Shown here: one piece after another, positions 18,061 to 26,466 of the stretch
Position numbering within the stretch: position 1 is the stretch's first letter
How the letters are laid out: every line of letters starts with the position of its first letter
Translations under genes and position numbers: made by a program
The notes under the pieces: model-generated
Told to the model about the DNA's origin: nothing
What the model saw: only the letters and a program-made list of their open reading frames with translations
Databases searched by the model: none
DNA from: Pseudomonadota bacterium
GTDB lineage: Bacteria > Myxococcota_A > UBA796 > SXON01
Assembly (NCBI GenBank): GCA_030684355.1
Contig: JAUXTN010000093.1
Span: forward strand, 22,894 to 86,893
DNA: 64,000 nt
Reading direction: 5' to 3'

Positions 18061-18891
18061 ATGAAGATCCCCGACCGCCTGCTTCCGTTGCTCGAACAAG
18101 GGCTCATCCACGAGGTGGTGCGCCCGCTCATGAGCGGCAAGGAGGCCGCGGTCTACATCGTCCACAACGGGGACCGCTACTGCGTCGCGAAGGTCTACAA
18201 GGACGCCGACCACCGCAGCTTCCGCCAGCGCACCGCCTACACCGAGGGGCGGCAGGTCCGGAACAGCCGCCAGCGCCGCGCGATGGAGAAGGGATCCAAG
18301 TTCGGGAAGGAGCAGCAGGAGGCCGCCTGGCAGACCGCCGAGGTCGACGCCCTCGGCAAGCTCGGCGCCGTCGGGGTGCGCGTGCCGAAGGTGTACGCCT
18401 ACTCCGAGAACGTGCTCCTCATGGAGATCATGCTCGACCCGGAGGGCCAGCCCGCGCCCCGCCTGTGTGACTGCGACTTCACCCCCGACCAGGCCTGGAA
18501 CACGCACCAGTTCGTCGTGCGCCAGGTCGTGAAGATGCTGTGCGCGGGCCTCATTCACGGCGATCTGTCCGAGTACAACGTGCTCCTCGCGGCGGACGGC
18601 CCGGTGATCATCGATCTGCCGCAGGCCATCGACGCCGCGCACAACCAGCAGGCCCGCGCCCTGCTCATCCGCGACGTCGACAACCTGACCGCCTTCCTCG
18701 CCCGCTTCGCGCCCGACCTCGCCGAGACCCGCTTCGGCCAGGAGATCTGGGGCCTCTACGAGCGCGCCCAGCTCACGCCCGACTCCGTGCTGACGGGGCG
18801 GTGGCGCGGATCCAACCGCCGCGCGGACACCAACGCGGTCATGCGCGAGATCGAGGCGGCGGCGCGCGAAGCGCGGATGCGGCGCGGGTAG
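18061..18891 (+). CDS. RIO-type atypical serine protein kinase
   Basis: SGKEAAVY plus VAKVYK (ATP-lysine region), catalytic LIHGDLSEYNVLL, and metal-binding IIDLPQAID. Confidence 0.85.
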   Translation: MKIPDRLLPLLEQGLIHEVVRPLMSGKEAAVYIVHNGDRYCVAKVYKDADHRSFRQRTAYTEGRQVRNSRQRRAMEKGSKFGKEQQEAAWQTAEVDALGKLGAVGVRVPKVYAYSENVLLMEIMLDPEGQPAPRLCDCDFTPDQAWNTHQFVVRQVVKMLCAGLIHGDLSEYNVLLAADGPVIIDLPQAIDAAHNQQARALLIRDVDNLTAFLARFAPDLAETRFGQEIWGLYERAQLTPDSVLTGRWRGSNRRADTNAVMREIEAAAREARMRRG

Positions 18892-18929
18892 CGGCGAAGC
18901 CCGTTCTGCGACACGGTCCGCAGCCCGTT

Positions 18930-19973
18930 CTACCCGCCGATCTGCTTCTTCGCGCGCGCGCTCTTCCACCGCATGATGGCGTCGAAGAGCCGCATGTACC
19001 CGGGGGTGGCGCTCGCCTCCGACTTGGGCTGGTAGGCGTCGCACACGTAGGGCACGTACATGCTCCGACGCAGGCTGCCCCAGCCGATCTCCGGGGAGGC
19101 CTCGACGCGGTGCCACATCCGGCCGTCGTGCACGGTGAGGTCGCCCGGCCAGGTCTCGACGGCCACCTCGCGCCGGTCGGGCGCCTGGGTGACGAAGTGG
19201 ATCTTGGAGAACAACGTCGACCACACGCCTTGGGTGTGCGTGCCGGGGAGGAGGCGCAGGCCGCCGTCCTGGGGCCGGATGCGATCGAAGTGCAGGCCCA
19301 CGTTCAGCATCGGGCCGGGCATCTTGCGGTTGTAGAACACGTCGCGCAGGGCGTCGGTGTGCCACGCGAGGCTCGGGCGGAGGCTGCCCTCGGCCCGGAC
19401 GTAGCGGTTGAACACCACGCCGTCCTTCTCCTTGTCGCCGATGCGGGCGTCCTCCCCGATGAGGCGGCGGATGGGCTCGAAGCGCGCATCCCGCACGAAC
19501 GCGGCGAGGAACGCGCTGTACACGGAGGTGAACCCCATGCGGTAGAGGAAGTCCTTGCCGTCGGGGTCGAACCCGAACCACACGGGCACGCCGTAGACCT
19601 TGCGCTTGCCCTCGGCGAGCAGCTCGGCCTCGATGCGGTCGACCTCGGCGAGGATGCCGTCCACCTCCGGGCGCGTCGCGACGCGGTCGAACACGAGGTA
19701 GCCGTGGCGCTCGAGGAAGGCGTGCTGGACGGGCGTCAGGACAGAGCGGAGGCGGAAGCGCACGCCGAGCGGCAGGCTGGCGGCGATGCGCGTGGCGTCG
19801 GCCCGCGACGCCGCGAACAGGGCGTCCTCGTCGTAGACGGGGGGCGGGGCGTCGGTCGCGTCCCACCGGGGCGGGTTCTTGGGGGCCGGGAGCGCAGCGC
19901 CCGGGCCCGGGACGTCGGCCTCGGAAGCGGAGGAATGGGCCGCGGACATGGGGGAGCTCCAGGCGCTCGCCAT
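18930..19973 (-). CDS. phytanoyl-CoA dioxygenase (PhyH) family Fe(II)/2-oxoglutarate oxygenase
   Basis: FLERHGYLVFDRV, WHTD, GTH, HDGRMWHRV. The ATG at 19973 is preferred over the TTG at 19982. Confidence 0.8.
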   Translation of the reverse strand: MASAWSSPMSAAHSSASEADVPGPGAALPAPKNPPRWDATDAPPPVYDEDALFAASRADATRIAASLPLGVRFRLRSVLTPVQHAFLERHGYLVFDRVATRPEVDGILAEVDRIEAELLAEGKRKVYGVPVWFGFDPDGKDFLYRMGFTSVYSAFLAAFVRDARFEPIRRLIGEDARIGDKEKDGVVFNRYVRAEGSLRPSLAWHTDALRDVFYNRKMPGPMLNVGLHFDRIRPQDGGLRLLPGTHTQGVWSTLFSKIHFVTQAPDRREVAVETWPGDLTVHDGRMWHRVEASPEIGWGSLRRSMYVPYVCDAYQPKSEASATPGYMRLFDAIMRWKSARAKKQIGG

Positions 19974-19978
19974 ACTAA

Positions 19979-20001
19979 TCAATCGTTTGATTGACTGTCA
20001 A
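19979..20001. promoter_or_regulatory. two overlapping AT-rich palindromes (candidate operator) in the PhyH/TerC divergent region
   Basis: TCAATC-GTTT-GATTGA (19979-19994) overlaps TTGAC-T-GTCAA (19991-20001). The local GC is far below that of the surrounding sequence. Confidence 0.4.
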
Positions 20002-20087
20002 GCGGGGCACAAGACGCGCGATTCCGCGCGCTCCTCCCTCGCCCGGGGGCGTCGGTACACGCTAAGGGGCGCGTCACTGGAGTTGAT

Positions 20088-20858
<771 letters not shown>

Positions 20859-20876
20859 CGCGCGGCTGAGGGGGGT

Positions 20877-20922
20877 CCGGGGGGCGAGCCCCCCGGCGGG
20901 GCGTTGCGGGGCTGGGCCCCGC
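20877..20922. terminator. two tandem GC hairpins between convergent TerC and MbnP-like genes
   Basis: CCGGGGGG-cgag-CCCCCCGG (20877-20896) and GCGGGGC-tgg-GCCCCGC (20906-20922). Confidence 0.4.
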
Positions 20923-20945
20923 CCCACGAGCCTCCATGCGAGCGA

Positions 20946-21794
20946 TCAGAGCGGGTCCACCTCGAACGCGTCGGCCTCCGCGGCCTCCGTCCCGTCCTCC
21001 CACGCGAGCCCCAGGTGGCCGAGCAGGGCGGCGCACTCGGGGTCGCCGGGGAGCGCCGTGCAGCCGGAGACGAGGTCGGTGACGCCGTCGGCCGCGGCGT
21101 CGAGGTCGGAGTCGGCGTAGAGCGTCGCGAGGTCGAGGACGACGCGGGAGGCGCCGGGCGTGAACCCCTCGAGCGCGATGGTGGCGAGGTTGGCGCGGGG
21201 GCACGCGTCGTCGCCGGCGCAGTCGGTGGCGCCGAGGTGGAAGGCGAACGCCGGGTTGCTGCGCGTCTGCACGTCGATGCGGGTGTAGAGGTAGCCGCCG
21301 GCGGGGGAGCCGAAGAAGGCGTCGTCGTCGAGCGGGGGCGCGGCGGCGTCGTCGGGAGCGAGCGACGAGGGCACGCCGAGGGTGAAGCGGAGGGCGTCCC
21401 AATCGCCCGCCGGGGCCGTGCCGGTCACGGTCTTGTGGGTGCCCGGCGAGCCGGTCTCGCAGGCGAGCGTGCCGTTCTCGAAGTCGAGCAGCGCAACGGT
21501 GTCGCGCTGCCACACCCCGTCCGGTTCGAGGGTGACCTCCGCCTCGGTGCCGTCCGGCGCGAGGAGCGCCAGGTCGTGCACGTAGAAGCGCGCGTCGAGG
21601 ATCTCGACGATCGTGGCGCTGGTCCCGACGTTGTCGTCGGCGATGCCGCAGCCCACGTCCTCGGCGCCGAGGCGGAGCGCGAAGGGGATCTCGACCGCGA
21701 TGCTCTCCGCGGGCGGATCCTCGGGGGTGCACGCCACGAGGGGGAGCAGGAGCGGCGTGACGAGCAGGGCCCGTTCGAGGCGGGGGAGTCGCAT
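20946..21794 (-). CDS. MbnP-like (metallo-mystery-pair four-Cys type) lipoprotein
   Basis: MRLPRLERALLVTPLLLPLVAC lipobox. RFYVHDLALLAPDGTEAEV...VALLDFENGTLAC...LRFTLGVP matches my memory of the MbnP/TIGR04052-type family. Only the last 282 codons of track ORF 20946..24389 are credible. Confidence 0.7.
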   Translation of the reverse strand: MRLPRLERALLVTPLLLPLVACTPEDPPAESIAVEIPFALRLGAEDVGCGIADDNVGTSATIVEILDARFYVHDLALLAPDGTEAEVTLEPDGVWQRDTVALLDFENGTLACETGSPGTHKTVTGTAPAGDWDALRFTLGVPSSLAPDDAAAPPLDDDAFFGSPAGGYLYTRIDVQTRSNPAFAFHLGATDCAGDDACPRANLATIALEGFTPGASRVVLDLATLYADSDLDAAADGVTDLVSGCTALPGDPECAALLGHLGLAWEDGTEAAEADAFEVDPL

Positions 21795-21820
21795 GGCGCA
21801 CAATCGCACACGCGGCCGGG

Positions 21821-23194
21821 TCAGACCACCTGCTTCGTCCACTGCCCGCGCGCGGCGACGATGCCCTTGGCGAGCGCCTTGAGCACGCTCGTGAGGTTGA
21901 TCGCCCACCACACGCCCGCGGCGCCCCACCCGAGCTCGAAGGCGAGCACGAAGCCGAGCGGGACGCGGAGGAGGTTGATCGGCGCGGAGATCCAGAAGAT
22001 GGCCCGCGTGGCGCCGGCGCCCGCGAGGACGCCCTCCGCGAGGGCCTCCCAGGCGACGCAGACCTGGGTCAGCGCGAGGATGCGCGCGTAGGTGATCGCG
22101 GCGGCCAGCACGACCGGATCGCGGGTGAAGGGCGCGCAGAGGGGCTCCGCGCCGAACCAGAAGAGGGCCCCCGCCGCGAGGCCGAGCCCAGTGGCCATCG
22201 GGAAGCCGAGCCGGGCCGCGCGACGGGCCTCTTCCGGCCGACCCGCCCCGAGCTGCCGGCCGACGAGGCTCGACACGCCGAGCGAGACCCCGAGGAACAT
22301 CGGGTAGGTCAAGCCCTCCAACGCCGAGAAGCCGATGCCGAGCGCGGCGTTGACCTGGGGGCCGAGCGGCGAGATGGTCGTGCGCAGGAGCGCGGCGTAG
22401 ACCCCGGCGTACAACAACGTGTTGATCGTGATCGGCGCGCCGATGCGCATGACGCGGAGGATCGTGTCCCCCAGGGCGAAGTCGGCCCAGGTGGGGCGGA
22501 ATTCGCGCACGAGCACGTAGATGCCGATGCCGACGGTGAGCGCGCGGGAGAGGCAGGTCGCGATGCCCGTGCCGGCGATGCCGAGGTCGAACGTGTGGAT
22601 GAACAGGGGGTTCAAGAGCGCGTTGAGGACGGCGGCCGCGACCTGGAGCGCCATCATCACGCCCGGGCGGCCGATGGCGACGAAGAACGCGTCGAGGAGC
22701 GGGTGCACCGCGAGCGGGATGCCGCCGAGGGCGAGGGTGCGCAGGAACACGACGGCGTCGGCGGCGACCTCTCCCTTCAGGCCGAGCCCGGCGGCGATGG
22801 CGGGGGCGCCGACGAGCACGAGGGCGCCGAGGCCGACGCCGAGCAGCGCCGAGCCGGTGAGGGAGGCCCCGAAGACGCGACGGCGGAGGGCCATGTCGCC
22901 GGCGCCGGTCGCGCGCGCCATGAGGGGGCCGGCCCCGCCGCTGACGAGGGCGTAGACGGCCCACGCGGCGATGAGGACGAACGTGCACGAGCCGATGGCG
23001 GCCTGGGCCGAGGTGCCGATGGCGCCGGCGGCGTACTGGTCGATGACGCGGAAGGCGTTGTTGAGCACCGCGGAGGCGGCGGCGGGCGCGGCGAGCCGGA
23101 ACAGCAGGCCGTACGTGACCGGCGGCGTGGCGGCGGGCGTGACGTCGCCGGAGACGGTGCCCGGGAGGCGCGCGGGGGAGGGGGCCGATGGCAC
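21821..23194 (-). CDS. MATE family efflux transporter
   Basis: A 12-TM-like protein of 457 aa. The N-terminal LLFRLAAPAAASAVLNNAFRVIDQYAAG is typical of NorM/DinF-type MATE. Confidence 0.85.
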   Translation of the reverse strand: MPSAPSPARLPGTVSGDVTPAATPPVTYGLLFRLAAPAAASAVLNNAFRVIDQYAAGAIGTSAQAAIGSCTFVLIAAWAVYALVSGGAGPLMARATGAGDMALRRRVFGASLTGSALLGVGLGALVLVGAPAIAAGLGLKGEVAADAVVFLRTLALGGIPLAVHPLLDAFFVAIGRPGVMMALQVAAAVLNALLNPLFIHTFDLGIAGTGIATCLSRALTVGIGIYVLVREFRPTWADFALGDTILRVMRIGAPITINTLLYAGVYAALLRTTISPLGPQVNAALGIGFSALEGLTYPMFLGVSLGVSSLVGRQLGAGRPEEARRAARLGFPMATGLGLAAGALFWFGAEPLCAPFTRDPVVLAAAITYARILALTQVCVAWEALAEGVLAGAGATRAIFWISAPINLLRVPLGFVLAFELGWGAAGVWWAINLTSVLKALAKGIVAARGQWTKQVV

Positions 23195-23270
23195 GGCGCG
23201 CTCTATCGCGCGATAGGTCTGCCTCGCGCCGCCCAGCTGCTTTTGGGGCCGTCGCCCGAAGGGTCCACCG

Positions 23271-24680
23271 ATGCCGCCGTCCGAACGCTACAGCCCCGAC
23301 CCGCGCTACCTCACCCTCGGGGAGGGCTACGCGGATCCCGTGCCGCCGGCGCGCTTCCCGAAGCGGGTCCTCCGCTTCCGCAACGACCGCTACGCCGCGC
23401 GCGTGGGCCTCGACACCCTGACGGATCCCGAGTGGGAGGCCGCGTTCGGGCGCTTCGAGCCGTTGCCCCGCAACCTGCCGGAACCCCTCGCGCTTCGCTA
23501 CCACGGGCACCAGTTCCAGGGCTACAACCCCTACCTGGGGGACGGCCGCGGGTTCCTCTACGCGCAGCTGCGGGATGACCGCGGGCGGCTCCTCGACCTC
23601 GGCACGAAGGGCAGCGGGACCACCCCCTGGTCGCGCGGCGGCGACGGAAAGCTCACCCTGAAGGGAGGCGTGCGCGAGATCCTCGCGACCGAGCTTCTCG
23701 AAGCGTTGGGGGTAGATACGTCCAAGACCTTCAGTCTTTACGAGACGGGCGAGGAGCTCTGGCGCGGGGACGAGCCGTCCCCCACGAGAGCGTCGGTGCT
23801 CGTGCGCCTCTCCCACTCGCACATCCGCTTCGGCACGTTCCAGCGGCTCGCGGCCCTGCGCGACCGCCCGCGCATGGAGCGGCTCCTGGCGTACGCCGTC
23901 GCGCAGTACCACCCCACGCTCCTCGCCTCCGGTGACGCGGGCCCCGCCGCGTTCCTGCGCGCCGTGAGCGTGAAGATGGGCGTGACGTGCGGCCGGTGGA
24001 TGGCGGCGGGGTTCGTGCACGGGGTGCTCAACACCGACAACATGAACATCACCGGCGAGAGCTTCGACTACGGGCCCTGGCGCTTCCTCCCCGAGGCCGA
24101 CCCCCGCTTCACGGCGGCCTACTTCGACGCCGGCGGGCTCTACGCCTACGGGCGGCAGCCGATGGCCGTGCGCTGGAACCTCGACCAGCTTGCCCACGCC
24201 CTCGGCACCCTCGGAGAGCCGCTCGACGGCGCGCTCGACGGCTACGCCTCCGCGGTGTTCGAGGGGATGCGCAGCGGGCTCCTGCGGCGCCTGGGCCTCG
24301 CCTCCGCGGGCGAAGCCGCCGACACCGCGCTGGTCCAGGGCTGGTACGCGTTCGCCGAGCAGACCCGCGCGCCGTTCGACCAGCTCCACTTCGACTGGTA
24401 CGGCGGGCTCGAGAGCGAGGCTCGGGCGGCGCGGTCCCCGAGCGCCGCGATCTACCGCGATCCCCGCTTCGCGCGCGTCCGCGACGTGCTCGACGCCTAC
24501 GACCCCGTGGCCCCCGAGCGGCTTGCCGCTCCGTACTGGTCACGCGAGCGGCCGGTCGATCTGCGCATCGAGACGGTCGAGGCGTTGTGGGACGCGATTG
24601 CCTACAAGGACGACTGGGGGCCGCTGCATGCGCATGTGGCGGGGATTCGGGAGCTTGGGGGGCTGCTCGGGGGGGCGTAG
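23271..24680 (+). CDS. selO: protein adenylyltransferase SelO (YdiU)
   Basis: YHGHQFQGYNPYLGDGRG, KGSGTTPWSRGGDGKLTLKGGVRE, FVHGVLNTDNMNITGESFDYGPWRF. Confidence 0.92.
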   Translation: MPPSERYSPDPRYLTLGEGYADPVPPARFPKRVLRFRNDRYAARVGLDTLTDPEWEAAFGRFEPLPRNLPEPLALRYHGHQFQGYNPYLGDGRGFLYAQLRDDRGRLLDLGTKGSGTTPWSRGGDGKLTLKGGVREILATELLEALGVDTSKTFSLYETGEELWRGDEPSPTRASVLVRLSHSHIRFGTFQRLAALRDRPRMERLLAYAVAQYHPTLLASGDAGPAAFLRAVSVKMGVTCGRWMAAGFVHGVLNTDNMNITGESFDYGPWRFLPEADPRFTAAYFDAGGLYAYGRQPMAVRWNLDQLAHALGTLGEPLDGALDGYASAVFEGMRSGLLRRLGLASAGEAADTALVQGWYAFAEQTRAPFDQLHFDWYGGLESEARAARSPSAAIYRDPRFARVRDVLDAYDPVAPERLAAPYWSRERPVDLRIETVEALWDAIAYKDDWGPLHAHVAGIRELGGLLGGA

Positions 24681-24744
24681 GGGCCCAGCTTCACGCCGAG
24701 CCGCCGCCACCAAGCCCGTCAAGCGTGGCTCCGTTGATCTCTCC

Positions 24745-25815
24745 TCAGACCGAGCTGATCGTGGTGCCCAGGCCGCCGCGCTCGAGCTGGAAAGCCTGGA
24801 GGTAGGATGCCGCCCGGATCGTGTGCTTGACGCTCTTGACGTACCAGAGGCCGTCGAACGTGCTGCCCGCTCCTCGCACATTCACGAGCCGTCGGGGCCG
24901 GAGCACCGCCTGGTAGCGCCAGACGTCGAGCTCGCCGGAGCCCGTCACCTCGATGTCTTCTCCGAAGTTGCCCTGCACCACGCGGTCGACGAAGGTCGGG
25001 CTGGAGAGGTCCGCGGCGAAGGAGAGGGAACGGACGTTTGTCTCGGGGCCCAGGTTAATCGAGAGGACGGGCTGGGGAACGCCGACGCGCGGCGAGGCGC
25101 CCCAATAGGCCCGGTTCGTGCCAGGGCCCGTCGGCTCTACGAAGAACAGCGCCCCGTTTCGCTCGGCGAGGCGCTGCACGAGGGCACGGTGCGTCTCGTT
25201 CTGGCGCACTTCTACCAGTGGGTCCGGTACATAGGATCCAATCGTCGGATCGAGGTCGGGTATGATGCCGATGAAGGCGTAGCCGGCGAGCGCGGCCAGC
25301 ACGATCGCGACGTCGGGGAGCGCCGGGAAGGGGACCGAGAGTGCGACCAGGTCCATGTAGTAGCTCACGTCCTCCCCCGTGACGGGGAGTGTGGCGCCCT
25401 CGGGGCCCGGCACGAGCTGTACGTGCGTGATGACGCCGTCCATGAGCCAGGACGTCTGGCCGGACACCGTCACCGAGATCCAGACGCGGCGAAACGGCGC
25501 GAGCGCGCCCGATGCGAGAAGCGGCAGGTCGGCCGTGAGCGTCGCGCTTCGCTCAGCACGAAACTGGATTTGGAATCCGGAAGGTGCCTTGTCCGACTCA
25601 TTCACCTCCACGCTCACGACGGAGCGCATGACGTCCGCCGGGAGTGGAGACGGCGCGGCCAGACCGGTGCTCAATGTGACCCAGGCGAAGCTCACGCTGG
25701 ACCCTTGGGTAGGACAAGAAGCGTCACCGCCCTCCACGGGGCGTAGTAGGCCTGGGGGGCTGCTCACGTGGGGCTCCGAAGCTCGATGAGCTGGGGCGGG
25801 AACGTCTGGCGCCAC
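24745..25815 (-). CDS. phage late control gene D / VgrG-N-like hub protein (contractile tail/injection system family)
   Basis: VVSVEVNESDKAPSGFQIQF, ALVQRLAERNGALFFVEP, GLWYVKSVKHTIRAASYLQAFQLERGGLG are gpD-like blocks. The GTG start is uncertain. The GC content is lower than in the flanks. Confidence 0.75.
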   Translation of the reverse strand: MAPDVPAPAHRASEPHVSSPPGLLRPVEGGDASCPTQGSSVSFAWVTLSTGLAAPSPLPADVMRSVVSVEVNESDKAPSGFQIQFRAERSATLTADLPLLASGALAPFRRVWISVTVSGQTSWLMDGVITHVQLVPGPEGATLPVTGEDVSYYMDLVALSVPFPALPDVAIVLAALAGYAFIGIIPDLDPTIGSYVPDPLVEVRQNETHRALVQRLAERNGALFFVEPTGPGTNRAYWGASPRVGVPQPVLSINLGPETNVRSLSFAADLSSPTFVDRVVQGNFGEDIEVTGSGELDVWRYQAVLRPRRLVNVRGAGSTFDGLWYVKSVKHTIRAASYLQAFQLERGGLGTTISSV

Positions 25816-25822
25816 GACGCCA

Positions 25823-26296
25823 TCAGGTCGGCGGCGTGGTCTTGACGGCCGGCTCGGCGGGATCCGTGACCGAGTAGTCCCGCTGCCAACCTTCGTTCTC
25901 CAGGGTGATCGACTGGATCGCCACTGCTGTGAACGTCGAGTCGAGCTCGGGGAGCGCGATGAACTCCGACACCCAGCAGCGATAGATCGTGTAGGACATC
26001 ACCTTCTGCCCGGCGTCGTTGTAGACGTCGAGCCTGAGGTCCTTGCGGAAGTCCGAGCCCTCCTGCCCGCTCGGAAGCGGCGCATGAATGTCGGGTCGGA
26101 ACCAGGCCCTGTTCGCCCAGCGTTCAAAGGCCGGGTCGAAGGTCACCCCCCGCTCGAGCGTGAGGGGTGCGCACCCGGTCTGGCCCGGCGACAGCGGCCC
26201 CTGGGGCGTGCGGGTGAGCCCGCTCACCTTGCTGACGCCGAGGACCGGGACGCCATCCCAGGACCCCACGAACCTGGAGTTCTTGTAGGGATTCAT
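25823..26296 (-). CDS. contractile-tail tube protein (T4 gp19 / TIGR02241-like)
   Basis: YKNSRFVGSWDGVPVLGVSKVSGL, LTLERGVTFDPAFERWAN, FRKDLRLDVYNDAGQKVMSYTIYRCWVSEFIALPELDS, AIQSITLENEGWQRD. Start at the internal ATG 26296. Confidence 0.85.
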   Translation of the reverse strand: MNPYKNSRFVGSWDGVPVLGVSKVSGLTRTPQGPLSPGQTGCAPLTLERGVTFDPAFERWANRAWFRPDIHAPLPSGQEGSDFRKDLRLDVYNDAGQKVMSYTIYRCWVSEFIALPELDSTFTAVAIQSITLENEGWQRDYSVTDPAEPAVKTTPPT

Positions 26297-26466
26297 TCGA
26301 GTCTGATTCCCGGAGAAAGAGGCATGGGTCCCCCTAAGCGCTGGAGCTCTGCTGCTGCATGTAGAAAATGCGCGGCCTGGAGCCCGGCGGGCGCCGATGC
26401 CCCCACGCGCCCGGATCGGCGGCCCTCGTGCAAGCCGAGCCTCCGCCATCCCGATAAGCGGCGAGC

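Noticed and set aside
18898-18931. 10-nt direct repeat AGCCCGTTCT twice, 14 nt apart, between the RIO kinase and PhyH stops
   Set aside because: It is real in the sequence but too short to interpret. The second copy overlaps the PhyH stop codon, and I noticed no further copies elsewhere in the window.
19995-20087. Possible yybP-ykoY (Mn) riboswitch in the TerC leader
   Set aside because: TerC/Alx genes often carry this riboswitch, but I could not find the conserved GGGGAGUAG-type loops or the four-way junction pairing by eye. It is left as not supported; a covariance-model scan would settle it.
21795-24389. Upstream 865 codons of track ORF 20946..24389
   Set aside because: Only the last 282 codons (from MRLPRLERALL, with a lipobox) look like a real protein. 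The rest is antisense to selO and out of frame with the MATE gene.
24681-26466. Prophage or integrative element interpretation of the tail-gene islet
   Set aside because: No integrase, excisionase, att-like direct repeats, tRNA target, capsid, terminase or lysis genes are present. Only two tail-type genes occur here, so it is reported as an orphan module rather than a mobile element.
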